DNA of 40,946 nucleotides. Source: Octopus bimaculoides (Eukaryota). Shown here in pieces: positions 22,584-33,870 of the stretch. Position numbers and translations under genes: made by a program. The first letter of the stretch is position 1; every line of letters begins with the position of its first letter. The stretch is taken from the NCBI RefSeq assembly GCF_001194135.2, contig NC_068986.1, positions 21,923,655 to 21,964,600 on the forward strand. Reading direction: 5' to 3'. The notes below the pieces were generated by a model. The model was given only the letters and a program-made list of their open reading frames with translations. It was not told the DNA's origin and searched no databases.

Positions 22584-22722
22584 TCATCATCATCATCGTT
22601 TAACGTCCGCTTTCCATGCTAGCATGGGTTGGACGATTTGACTGAGGACTGGTGAAACCGGATGGCAACACCAGGCTCCAATCTAATTTGGCAGAGTTTC
22701 TACAGCTGGATGCCCTTCCTAA
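22584..22722 (-). mobile_element. Young RTE 3' end fragment
   Basis: Two mismatches to the copies at 31159 and 40724. Confidence 0.85.
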
Positions 22723-23081
22723 TAACATTAACTTGGATACACATGCTCCTTCCTTTTTTTTTGTAAAGATAGTAGGGCATAATTTGAGGGAGATTTGACT
22801 GCCATTGTGTCAACTATGTTGGTATGGATATACATTACAGAGTTGGTAGCAAAAGGTGCCCACAAATGAAGTAAGACTTGGAAAATGTATTGGGTTAAAG
22901 TGGCAACATCAACTCAAAGACAATGGGCAGCAAAAGGAATGAAGTCTATCTAAGAAATTATTTCTTATTAATATTATGCTATTATCTTCAACAGTTGCTA
23001 GATACAAACTATTTAGTGCGCATTCCTTTGATTTTTCTTCTAGGATATAGAATTTATTCGACTACAATCTATAACTCAATT

Positions 23082-23712
23082 CTTACTTTTTACTTGTCAC
23101 TAGACTGTGGCCATGCTGGGGTACCACCTTGAAGGGTTTAGTCAAACAAAACTCCTGTACTTATTTTGAAGTCTGGTACTCATTCTATTATTGTCTTTTG
23201 TAGAACCTCTAAATTATGGAGATGTAAACAAATGAATATCAATTGTCAAGCGGTGGATGAGGACAAACACTGACATGCAAACACACACACACACACATAT
23301 ATATATATNNNNNNNNNNNNNNNNNNNNNNNNNNNNNNNNNNNNNNNNNNNNNNNNNNNNNNNNNNNNNNNNNNNNNNNNNNNNNNNNNNNNNNNNNNNN
23401 NNNNNNNNNNNNNNNNNNNNNNNNNNNNNNNNNNNNNNNNNNNNNNNNNNNNNNNNNNNNNNNNNNNNNNNNNNNNNNNNNNNNNNNNNNNNNNNNNNNN
23501 NNNNNNNNNNNNNNNNNNNNNNNNNNNNNACACACAGACGCACACGCACAACAAGCTTTCATATAGTTTCTGTCCTTCTGTCCTCTCTACCAAATTCACT
23601 CACAAGGCATTGGTTAGTCCAGAGCCATAGTAGAAAGCACTTGCCCAAGTTGCCACACAATGGGACTGAACCCGAAATGGCATGGTTGCAAAGCGAACTT
23701 CTTAACCACCCC
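23082..23712 (-). mobile_element. SINE family A, spanning a gap in its microsatellite
   Basis: 3' module 23082-23290; head gccatagtagaaagcacttgcccaag...gggactgaaccc...cttcttaaccac at 23540-23712. Confidence 0.8.
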
Positions 23713-24849
23713 TATCAAACAATTTATATTTTGGGAGAGGTTTTTCTTTTTTTCTTTTTTTTTTTCAGTAACGATTAAACCTTTGGATAAAAATATTTTA
23801 AGCTAATTTAATCTCTGAAGCTTCTAATATGTTGCAAAGTAAAACAATGAATGTTAAGCCTTTTAGCTAACTGACGAGCAATTTTACTGTTTAACAGTTT
23901 GTCATTTTGTAACAATTATGTTTATGAATACCCTGCGTGGCTAACAAAGAAACCAGTTTTCTAGACAAGAAACTTTTAAACATCCTATACGTAAAACATC
24001 TTTATTAGCTCTATTTACCAAAGTTTAAACAGAATATAATACTTTGCCTATCAAAAATTATCTCAAGTTTATAATGCATTGCTAAAAGAGAAACAAAAAA
24101 AAGAAAGAAAACAGCTCTAGTTTCACTTATTATTTAAAGTAATTCTCGGAAAAGGATATACAAATCGATCTGTTATTCTAAAATCCAACATTTCAACAGC
24201 TGACTAGTCTGACGTTTTCATAATATTGGCTCACCTATATAAAATTATTTACCCTAGTAGCAAAAAAAAAAACAGGATTTTAATGCAATTTTCATTTCCA
24301 AACACTATAAACTTTCATTATATCAGATTCTAGCATCCACATGAACAGGAATTTATTATGAGGGCGTTACTATGAAGTTGTATATGGATTAAGTGTGAGT
24401 ACCAGGATATAGTTTTCTAAGAAATCTGTTAGCTAATTTTATGAAAAGAGAAGGAAATGTATTTTCCCTTTCGAGTTAAGTGGAAATAATTATTCTACCA
24501 CTGCTAAAATAGAAATCCGATTATTCTCATCGTATAAACATGTACGAGAGAGGGAGCACCTACACAAAACGCTTGACCTGCTACAAACAACAGCCAAATT
24601 TCCCTTAATCCACACTTTATCGTTTTCAATAAAGAATGATGCATACATACATACAAACAAACAAAGACGATGATGATCATGAAATATTTTTAATAGGGCT
24701 ACTTGAATAGCATAGAGAGAATGTATATAAGAAGGGTGTGGCAGTTCTGCTGCAAGTCAACTTCGTTCAAGTAAAAACATGACGAAAGGCATTCCAGCTG
24801 TTACCACAATCATATTAATTCCACCAGTCTAAGAGGAACTGTTCGTACG

Positions 24850-24965
24850 AAAGGTTTCGTTTCATACAGTGTCTACCTACCGAATACCATTGACAAGTCT
24901 TAGGGTTAACCCGAAGCTAAGGTAGAAGACACCAAAAGTACCGCGCAGTGGGATCGAAAATGAAA
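24850..24965 (-). mobile_element. SINE family A head fragment
   Basis: gtttcatacagtgtctacctaccgaat...gtagaagacacc...ccgcgcagtgggatcgaa. Confidence 0.55.
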
Positions 24966-26448
24966 CAGAGCCGTCTAAAGGCATGAGCATACTAAGAAGT
25001 AATCCTGGAGTCTCACGGGCCTAAGGTCCCAATGCTAATCTATTTATGCAGTTGTGTATGTAAGGGGCCTCCGCGCATTGCTTTACTCGGGAGCCCATAA
25101 TTCTGATAAAACTACCCTAACTTGAAGCTTAGTAATCGTGAAGCGAACTTGTTAACCATACAGCAATGCATGTACCCGTGTACGTCATGACAAAAATGTA
25201 TGGTTAAATAAATGATAGAATAAAAGATAAGGAAAATTTCGTAAAATATTCTAAAATTTATCAGGGATCAGTTCGTCTCTTGCAAAATAGACACAAGCCC
25301 AAAACAATTTCGCCATCGCGATTAACAGTAAGTTCGTAAATAGCAGTGAAGATAATTGCTATTTGAGATGTAAATGTCATGGAAACAGCAGATACAAAAC
25401 TTAAAATAAAAAACAGTGAAGAACACCGAAACCGGCAAATATTTCTATTAAGGGGTCCCTCAGAAACATAATAAAAAGGAAGGACGGATCAGGCGATAAT
25501 AAATGTGTAAAGGTTATTTCGGTTTATTTGCTGTGAGTATAAGATTTGTGTCGCAATATTTAAAATAATGTATCTTTAAAAGTCATCATTAGGAAACCTT
25601 GATGTTCTGTAATTAGGCAATCGAAATAATTGTTTATTATCTAAGTACTTCATTTTAAAGGAGAAAAAAAATCTAAAATTCAACGTCAGCAGAAATTTTA
25701 GCTTTTAGCAAGCCTATATTAAGATTCTGTTAATAAAAAAAGATTAGGATAATCTAATATTTTTAACACGAGTGGAGGTTATAAGATTACTTCAATAAAA
25801 ATCGGACACTACTGAAAATTATAATCATTTATTTATGCACAACAGCAATTTTTGAAAAGGTAGAGAATAAATATAGTCAATCATGTATTTTACTTCTACT
25901 TTCGTTTAAAAGAAGAAAACAATTCATAGTTATTATATTGAGGGTATGAATACTAATGCAAATGTGGTGAACTGTTTCATTACACGAGTGAAACTACCTT
26001 GGTAGAGTATGGGAACGGATTGTGAAAATAAGAAGCAATGACAGTCGTAATACCACTAAAAATTAATTATATTGTTTTTCATTCACATATCTTTCAATAC
26101 AATGGATAAATAGAATTCCTTCTTTAAAAAAAAAAAACGATTGTTATGAAATGAACGAACTAAACACTATTAATACTCAATGTTTTGATCTACTGTTTAC
26201 TCGAACACTATTAAAATGGGTAACTAAAAGAAGAAAAAAAAAACGGATGGAAAAAAGAAAGGATGTAATTGAAAAAAAAAACCACAAACGATAAACATAG
26301 AGAATAAAATGAGTTTAAGGAAAGTATTTTCATTTGAAATTTTGCAGAAACCATCGGAGGCTGAGTCGATGCAACAGCAAGACGAGAGATAATAGCCGAC
26401 ATCGCAGCATTGCAGAAACTAAAATATTAAATAGAATCATTTACTTAC

Positions 26449-26590
26449 CTTTTGTTTAGTGATTGCAGAAATAATGTTTGGTTGATGGGAACTGATGATA
26501 AGCAAAGAAATTAATTCAGTAAGCTTTGGATGAGTAGCAAAACAAACTGTACACTACTCTGTGCAAATTGTACACTTACACTGCCATTTA
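26449..26590 (-). other. Probable non-coding first exon of a minus-strand gene
   Basis: Consensus donor AAG|GTAAGTAA (intron starts at 26448); non-repeat; only a 3-codon uORF (ATG GCA GTG TAA); CCAAT/ETS-like motifs immediately upstream. The 5' boundary is an estimate. Confidence 0.5.
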
Positions 26591-26660
26591 ATCAGTTATC
26601 GTTTCCGTGATACGGTATAAAAGAGCCTCTCTGATTGGTTATTACCCTTTTTTCCTAGAA
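26575..26660. promoter_or_regulatory. Core promoter-like region
   Basis: Minus strand: AACCAATCAGA, CACGGAAA (ETS-like), AAATGGCAG (YY1-like). Plus strand: TATAAAAG at 26616 with CCCTTTTTTCC about 30 nt downstream. Local CpG enrichment. Confidence 0.45.
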
Positions 26661-27574
26661 TTGCCGAGCTATCAGTTTCTCTGAATAATTTTGATACAAA
26701 AACAAAAAAAAAATTAATTTAATGTTTACCTGGCCACCAAAACAGAAGAAAAAGGTTAATAGGTGTGAAAAAAAAATGTGCATTATACAAATATAAAAAC
26801 AAAAATTTGCGCCAATGAACCGAAGGAGGGGTGGAGAGAGNNNNNNNNNNNNNNNNNNNNNNNNNNNNNNNNNNNNNNNNNNNNNNNNNNNNNNNNNNNN
26901 NNNNNNNNNNNNNNNNNNNNNNNNNNNNNNNNNNNNNNNNNNNNNNNNNNNNNNNNNNNNNNNNNNNNNNNNNNNNNNNNNNNNNNNNNNNNNNNNNNNN
27001 NNNNNNNNNNNNNNNNNNNNNNNNNNNNNNNNNNNNNNNNNNNNNNNNNNNNNNNNNNNNNNNNNNNNNNNNNNNNNNNNNNNNNNNNNNNNNNNNNNNN
27101 NNNNNNNNNNNNNNNNNNNNNNNNNNNNNNNNNNNNNNNNNNNNNNNNNNTGTACACTACTCTGTGCAAATTGTACACTTACACTGCCATTTAATCAGTT
27201 ATCGTTTCCGTGATACGGTATAAAAGAGCCTCTCTGATTGGTTATTACCCTTTTTTCCTAGAATTGCCGAGCTATCAGTTTCTCTGAATAATTTTGATAC
27301 AAAAACAAAAAAAAAATATGAATTTCTCTTCGAAAGTCCTCTCCTCACCCCCTCGGAAAAAATTTTCCCCACAAATTTCTTTATAATCATAATCTATGCC
27401 GTTTGAAAGGTATTTATAAAAGATTTCATTAATAGATATCCGTTTTCCTAAAAGCTATGGGGAAAAAAAATCAGATCATGTGAATTTCCTGAAAGTCCTC
27501 TCCCCACCTCCTCAGAAAAAAATTTGCAGTTTTTGCCTGAATTAAATACAACTTTTACAAAAGAAGAACTTCAG

Positions 27575-27976
27575 GACACTGAACCTTTCAGGTGAGATGA
27601 CAAAAGACTGAGAGCCTGGCGCCTTGCCATACTCAAGTAGACCCATATTCCACAGCAGAAGTGTTGAGACCAATCCTACTGGTGGTGTAAAGCATTTGTG
27701 GCGGTGCCACGTAAAAGCGCCCATGTGACGCCAAGTAAAAGTGACCATGTGGCACCATGTAAAAGCATTCATACAGTGCCACATAAAAGGACCCGCGTGG
27801 TGCCACGTAAAAGCACCCAGCACACTCTGCAAAGTGGTTAGCATTAGGAAGAGCGTCCAGCCAGAGAAACCATGCCAAATCAGACTGGAGTCTGGTGCAG
27901 CTTGCCTCCTCTGGCCAAACCATCCAACCCATGCCAGCATGGTCAGCAGACGTTAAATGATGATGATGATGATGAT
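27575..27976 (+). mobile_element. RTE 3' end with 24-bp internal minisatellite and (GAT)n tail
   Basis: Five ggtgccacgtaaaagcgcccatgt-like units, then gtggttagcattaggaagagcgtccagcc...ccaacccatgccagcatgg...gacgttaaatgatgatgat. Confidence 0.85.
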
Positions 27977-28468
27977 ACTTATATTGTTAAACATCACCAA
28001 ACTATTATTCTTGAATATTATGGTTAAATTCCTTATTGTTGGGAGGATAAGATGTCTGCTAACAATTCAATCATGCGGTTTACTTTCAAATGTTTGTAAA
28101 TTACTGGGCTTTGGGTTCAATCCCACAGTGTGGTACCTTGAGCATATATATAAAGTAGACAGGCAAGAGTGTAAAACGAGGGATGGGCAACATTTTGTGA
28201 GAAATGGGCTACATGAGACATGGATCATCATAAGGCAGGTCACACAGCTAAAAAAAATTCCTGGAGGTTTTCATTAAGGCTTACTATTCAAAAAGTCTAA
28301 TAGGCTGCAAGTTGCTCACAACTGGTGTAAATTCTGAAGAATAAGAGAAGGTGAATGTTTGTGTTGCTAGTAAAGGATTAGCACTGACTAAGGTCATTGT
28401 AGAAGATGAAAAGGGGAGCCGTGGAAAAGATAATTGAGGAGTAACTTAGAGGCATAGGCATGGCTGTA

Positions 28469-28664
28469 TTCTTTTATTCTTTTACTTGTTTCAGTCATTT
28501 GACTGTGGCCATGCTGGAGCACTGCCTTTAGTCAAACAAATCGATTCCAGGACTCATTCTTTGTAAGCCTACTACTTATTCTATCCGTCCCTTTGGCTGA
28601 ACCGCTAAGTTACGGGAACATAAACACACCAACATCAGTTGTCAAGTGATAGTGAGAGGACAAA

Positions 28665-28701
<37 letters not shown>

Positions 28702-28863
28702 GACAGGCTTCTTTCAGTTTCCATCTACCAAATCCACTCACAAGGCTTTGGTCGGCCTGAGGCTATAGTAGAAGAGACTTGCCCAAGGTGCCACATAGTA
28801 GGACTGAACCTGGAACTATGTGGTTGGGAAGTAAACTTCTTACCACACACCCACGCCTGTGCC
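28469..28863 (-). mobile_element. SINE family A, full length
   Basis: Reverse complement of 1133-1628 with an internal (CA)n. Confidence 0.88.
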
Positions 28864-28879
28864 TATATAGTTATGAATT

Positions 28880-29020
28880 TCGTTTTGCAGCTACATGGTT
28901 TTCTGTTCAGTTCCACAGTGTAAAACCTTGGGTAACGGTCTTCTACTATAGCCTTGTGTCATACAATGTCTTGTGAGTATAATTCGGTAGGTCAAAGCTG
29001 TATAGAAGTTTGTCATACAT
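28880..29020 (+). mobile_element. SINE family A head, degenerate
   Basis: gctacatggttttctgttcagttccacagtg...ccttgggtaacggtcttctactatagcc...cttgtgag. Confidence 0.65.
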
Positions 29021-29039
29021 ATGTACTTTTCCATTCACC

Positions 29040-29270
29040 CCTTATTTGTTTTGATCATTAGATCGTGGCCATGCTGGGGCACCGCATTGAAGAATTTTAG
29101 TCAAATGAATCAATCCCAGTACTTTTTTTTAAAGCCTGGAACTTATTCTATCTGTCGCTTTTGCCAAACCGCTAAGTTATGGGGACATAAACACACCAAC
29201 ACTGGTTGTGAAGCAGTGGTTGGGACAAACACAGACACAAAGACACATATAGATGTGTGTGTGTATCTGT
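29040..29270 (-). mobile_element. SINE family A 3' module
   Basis: tggccatgctggggcaccgc...ccaaaccgctaagttatggggacataaacacacc...ggacaaacacagacac. Confidence 0.8.
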
Positions 29271-29325
29271 CTTTTTTTTCCTTTTTTTTTTTTTGTTTAA
29301 CGGTCATTTTCATAGCATTCTTCAA

Positions 29326-29399
29326 TGGCCAGATAACTGAAGAGATGGCGGCGTGGGTTTCCGCCCCAGCATCTGAAACTTGGAGTTTTATCATGGCTA
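29326..29399 (+). ncRNA. Type I hammerhead ribozyme, copy 1
   Basis: tggccagataa-CTGAAGA-[30-nt stem II gatg...catc]-t-GAAA-ct-tgg-ag-T-T-ttatc-a-tggcta. Stem I gataa/ttatc, a bulged A, then tggcca/tggcta; stem III act/agt; predicted cleavage after GUU at 29387. Confidence 0.75.
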
Positions 29400-29484
29400 C
29401 TGAATAATTATCACATATTATATCTACAGATATATATANNNNNNNNNNNNNNNNNNNNNNNNNNNNNNNNNNNNNNNATATATA

Positions 29485-29857
29485 TCATCATCATCATCAT
29501 CATCATCATCATTGTTTAACATCTGCTTTCCATGCTAGCATGGGTTGGACGATTTGACTGAAGACTGGCGAACCAGATGGCTGCACCAGGCCCCAATCTG
29601 ATCTGGCAGAGTTTCTTCACAAGCACGATATATTGCCAAAGGTCTCAGTCACCTATCACTACCTCCGTGAGGCTCAATGCTCAAACAGTGCTTTTGACAT
29701 GCCACTGGCACAGGTGCCAGTCAGATGGCACTGGCATCAGCTATGACTACAATTTCACCTGGCTTGACAGGTTTTCTCAAGCACTGTATATCACCCAACA
29801 TTTGAAGGGTGTTTTTTATGTGCCAGTTTATGTGACATTGGCATCGGCCCAACTATG
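29485..29857 (-). mobile_element. RTE ORF2 end plus 3'UTR fragment
   Basis: (CAT)n tail, gtttaacatctgctttccatgctagcatggg, tattgccaaaggtctcagtcacctatcactacctccgtgaggc. Confidence 0.82.
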
Positions 29858-30596
29858 ATTATAAAATGTGAAATTAAATTCTTTAATCCAAGCTTAATTT
29901 AATTGGAAGAAAAAATTAATAATTTTATCAACAAAAAACTGGGCAGAGTTTAAAAGAGCAGACCTTGGATTTCTAATGGTAGATAAGTTCTACTAACCAC
30001 TTGACCTGATCATTTGATGGAGGGATCAGTGATAACTTAATGAGTAAAGTCCATCATAAGTAAAGAAACTATTGACATTTTTAGGGCATTAGGCTTATTT
30101 TGTTTAATGGATAATCCAGTACTGCATCTCTGATATACCTCCAGATCTCACCTTACATTGTCACTGGTCCAGGAGAACAAGATAAGAAATTGAAGCAGAT
30201 CATTCGAGTCAGCCCTTCCTCATTTTAAGTGCAAGTCCAGTTTAATATACTTTTTTTAATGACAAACAGGTGAATCTTTTGTAATTGCAGTCAGGATATC
30301 ACACACATCTGCAACTATTAAATATAACCATCTCCATAGTTTCCTTGCTCATAAGGATACATGGAACATGTGGTATAAGCAGCATCAGTAATACTAATTC
30401 TTATTATAGATGTATATATATGTATATATGTTTATATGTGTGTGTGAGTGTGTATAAATGTTAACGGTTATAACGAAACTTTAACATTGCATACAGCCGT
30501 TTCAGCTACCAATGTCAGTCGGTGCCTCCAAAGAAAATTATGAGAATAACATTCAGTATATATAGATACACACACACACACACACACACACAAATA

Positions 30597-30712
30597 CATT
30601 GTGTGGTAAGTAGCTTGTTTACCAACCATATGGTTCTGGGTTCAGTCCCACTGCACCTTGGGGAAGTGCCTTCTCCTATAGCCGTGGGCTGACCAAAGCC
30701 TTGTGAGTAGAT

Positions 30713-30720
<8 letters not shown>
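30597..30720 (+). mobile_element. SINE family A head followed by (TA)n/(TATG)n
   Basis: gtgtggtaagtagcttgtttaccaaccatatggttctgggttcagtcccactgc...gaccaaagccttgtgag. Confidence 0.8.
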
Positions 30721-30759
<39 letters not shown>

Positions 30760-30889
30760 AATATATATGTATGTATATATGTATGTATGTATGTATGTAG
30801 AGGGTAGTGAAGGTAGAGGTTATAACAACCATCTAAGGGATACCTGTATCCAATGAATCAACTCTTGCATTACCTATGTGTGATTATGA

Positions 30890-31121
30890 GTATTTACTCT
30901 CTTTTACTCTTTTACTTGTTTCAGTCATTTGACTGCGGCCATGCTGGAGCACCGCCTTTAATCAAACAAACCGACCCCAGGACTTATTCTTTGGAAGCCT
31001 AGTACTTATTCTATCGGTCTCTTTTGCCAAACCGCTAAGTTACGGGGACATAAACACACCACCATCGGTTGTCAAGTGATGGTGGGGGGACAAACACAGA
31101 CACACACACACACACACACAC

Positions 31122-31130
<9 letters not shown>
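30890..31130 (-). mobile_element. SINE family A 3' module
   Basis: tttactcttttacttgtttcagtcatttgactgcggccatgctggagcaccgcc...ggggacaaacacagacac. Confidence 0.85.
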
Positions 31131-31158
<28 letters not shown>

Positions 31159-31161
<3 letters not shown>

Positions 31162-31325
31162 TCATCATCATCATCATCGTTTAACGTCCGCTTTCCATGC
31201 TAGCATGGGTTGGACGATTTGACTGAGGACTGGTGAAACCGGATGGCAACACCAGGCTCCAGTCTGATTTGGCAGAGTTTCTACAGCTGGATGCCCTTCC
31301 TAACGCCAACCACTCAGAGAGTGTA
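31159..31325 (-). mobile_element. Young RTE 3' end fragment inside the SINE microsatellite
   Basis: Identical to 40724-40870 over the shared length. Confidence 0.85.
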
Positions 31326-31406
31326 CCAACCACTCATATATATATATGTACATATGTATGTATATGTGTGTGTGTGTATATACATATGTATATAGATATG
31401 TGTGTG

Positions 31407-31447
<41 letters not shown>

Positions 31448-32512
31448 ATGTATATGTATATATATATGTATGTATATATAAATACTATAGCCTCAGGCTG
31501 ACCAAAGCCTTGTGAGTGGATTTCGTACATGGAAACTGAAAGAAGATTGTATATATGTGTATATTTGTGCGCTCCTGTGTGTGTGTGTGTGTGTGCACGT
31601 GTGTGTGTGCACGTGTGTGTGTGTGCTTGACTGATTTCGTAACATGTCACCGGCACAAGTGTCAGTAAGGTGACGCTGGTAACGATCATGCTCAAATGGT
31701 GCTATTTACAGGCCGGGTGAACTGTAATATGGCGAGGGATTACTGTATACAGAAACTGACAGAATCAGCTACCGTCTACTTTTGTTTTAGTTTTAATACA
31801 AGAAAATGAAATAGTGCAAGTGTGTGTTACTTAGAACTATCCTTGGGTTTGTTCCCCACCACACCCCTTTGGCCAGTATACCCTATACAGGCTTGTACAA
31901 TAGAGCCAAAAGTGCCACCACCATAAAAGTATCACTTGGGGCAGATTCTGCCCCTGCTAAGTTACTGAAAGCATGTTTCAGTTGAACAAATTATAGAGTC
32001 TCTTTTTTTATCAGTTTACTGACCATAAGTTGATTTTATCTCTTTTTATCTTACCAAGGTTTCCCATGTATGCTACCTGTGTAACCCAAAAGGACTTTAT
32101 TTCATCAAGGAGATAAGCTTTGTAAATACGTAAGCAAAAAAATAAATCTAGTTCAAATCAAAGGAATTATAGGATGGGGTGGGTGAAGAGTCAAAATCTT
32201 CATGAAGCTCATGGATAATCAAGAGAAATTTTAGTTGACTAATGGTAAAGCATGTTTTCATGAAACAGCTTTTTTTTAAAGCCAAAACAGTGACATATGA
32301 CATGAATATAACAAATATTTAGAGCAATGTCCTTTGTCTAAATTTATTATATTTTCCATTTCATGTGACACTAAATATAATGTACATTTTGCTCATGATC
32401 AGTTTGTCTGTAACTATGCAGTAATGAAAGAAATCCACTTATTGAATGAGAAGTAAAAATAATGACACGCATTTTTTTATTTCATCATCATCATTTTCAT
32501 AGCATTCTTCAA

Positions 32513-32586
32513 TGGCCAGATAACTGAAGAGATGGCGGCGTGGGTTTCCGCCCCAGCATCTGAAACTTGGAGTTTTATCATGGCTA
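32513..32586 (+). ncRNA. Type I hammerhead ribozyme, copy 2
   Basis: Identical to copy 1; CUGAAGA at 32524-32530, GAAA at 32562-32565, predicted cleavage after U32574. Confidence 0.75.
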
Positions 32587-32621
32587 CTGAATAATTATCA
32601 CATATTATATCTACAGATATA

Positions 32622-32870
32622 ACTTTTGCCAGTACCAACCACATCAGTAAGGCAAGCCAAGCTCTTTGAAATTTGATGGTGCTGCCTCCTTCAAACCTTC
32701 CTCTGTTAAAACACAATACTTTTTCATCTAACATTCATTCTCTATTACCATTTCATCCATACCAATGCATTCCTCTCTTCTCCATCCATCACCTTACATC
32801 ATTAATTCTTTTCAGTGTGCTTATATTCTGCTTTTGCATGCAAGATAGCATAACACTTCAAACATTGACA
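32622..32870 (-). mobile_element. Old, degenerate RTE ORF2 C-terminal fragment
   Basis: Minus-strand translation ...KQNISTLKRINDVR*WMEKRGMHWYG../MVIENEC*MKKYCVLTEEG... parallels the RTE QERRLHWFGHVMRMDEDSCIK motif at 38890. Confidence 0.55.
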
Positions 32871-33224
32871 GATCTAATTGATTTTTATTTAGCATTTTCG
32901 AAATGAAAAATATTGGGAAATACTGAAAATAATGAAGCCAATGTTTCTTATGAGGGTGGAACAAGGGTTTGTAAGGATTGAATAGGGGATGAGCAGAAAA
33001 CTTAACTTGTTTAAAACAATTAAAATGTTTTTAAACTTGTCCAATACTATGGCAAAGATAAAAAGAATTATATAGAGGCAAATTCTGTTTGTTTTTCTTT
33101 TTTTTTTCTTAAATAAAGGAGTGAAAGGGGAAAATATTGTCACTAATGTGGGGGTTTTCGGCAGGGGACGGAAGCTGATGGTTATCAATTTGTGAAATAC
33201 TGGATTAACCTCCTACAGCATCTT

Positions 33225-33440
33225 ATCATCATTTAATGTCCACTTTTCCATGTTTACATGGGTCTGACAATTTATTGAGGCAATTTATTGTACATCCAGA
33301 TGCCCTCATCTGTTTCCAAGCAAGGTAATAGTTGCCCATGGCCAAACATGCTTCTTGTGAAAGACTGGAAATTAACAATATTGTGCAAGAGTACACATGC
33401 AATTACGCACGCACGCACGCACACACACACACACACACAT
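33225..33440 (-). mobile_element. RTE-tail SINE-like family E
   Basis: catcatttaatgtccacttttccatg...catctgtttccaagcaaggtaatagttgcccatggccaaacatg, ending in (CA)n. Confidence 0.65.
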
Positions 33441-33444
33441 GACT

Positions 33445-33870
33445 TTGGTCTCACCAGAGCTATAGTTCAAGACACTTATTCAGGGTGCCATGCAGTGGAA
33501 CCAAACCTGGAATCCATGCTGGAGCACCACCTTAAAGAGTTTTTCAGTCAAAGAAATCGACCCCAGGACTTATTCTTTGTAAGACTCGTAGTTATTATGG
33601 AAGTCTCTTTTGCCAAACCGCTAAGTTACAGGGATGTAAACACACCAACATCTGTTGTCAAGCAGTGGTGGGGAAACAAACACAGACACAAGGGGACACA
33701 CACACACACACACACAAATACACACATACACACATATATATATATACGACGGGCTTCTTTCAGTTTCCATCAACTAAATCAAAGACACTTGCGCAAGGTG
33801 CCATGCTGTGGCACTGAACCTGGAACCATGTGGTTGGGAAGCAAGTTTCTTACCACACAGCCACACCTGT
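33445..33870 (-). mobile_element. SINE family A composite
   Basis: 3' module (catgctggagcaccacc...ccaaaccgctaagttacaggg), microsatellite and head (gaacctggaaccatgtggttgggaagcaagtttcttaccacacagccac). Confidence 0.82.

Noticed and set aside
22639-22670. CTGAGGA...GAAA in RTE tails (also at 31225 and 40775)
   Set aside because: No stem II, and it is on the antisense strand of the RTE 3'UTR.
23214-23778. Long ORF-track entries spanning N gaps and microsatellites (also 8455-8850, 26778-27223, 37102-37443, 11601-11898)
   Set aside because: Artifacts of N runs and simple repeats.
26494-26520. CTGATGA...GAAA and an actga/tcagt stem in the candidate first exon
   Set aside because: No stem II pairing; too short for a C/D snoRNA.
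30100-30400. Several exon-like frames and splice sites on both strands, plus short minus-strand candidates at about 32055-32075 and 35800-35830
   Set aside because: No consistent phase chain and no recognisable protein.
30490-30540. Minus-strand gctgaaacggctgt resembling a Penelope hammerhead 3' half
   Set aside because: The CUGANGA core is absent (ctgacatt); at most a decayed remnant.
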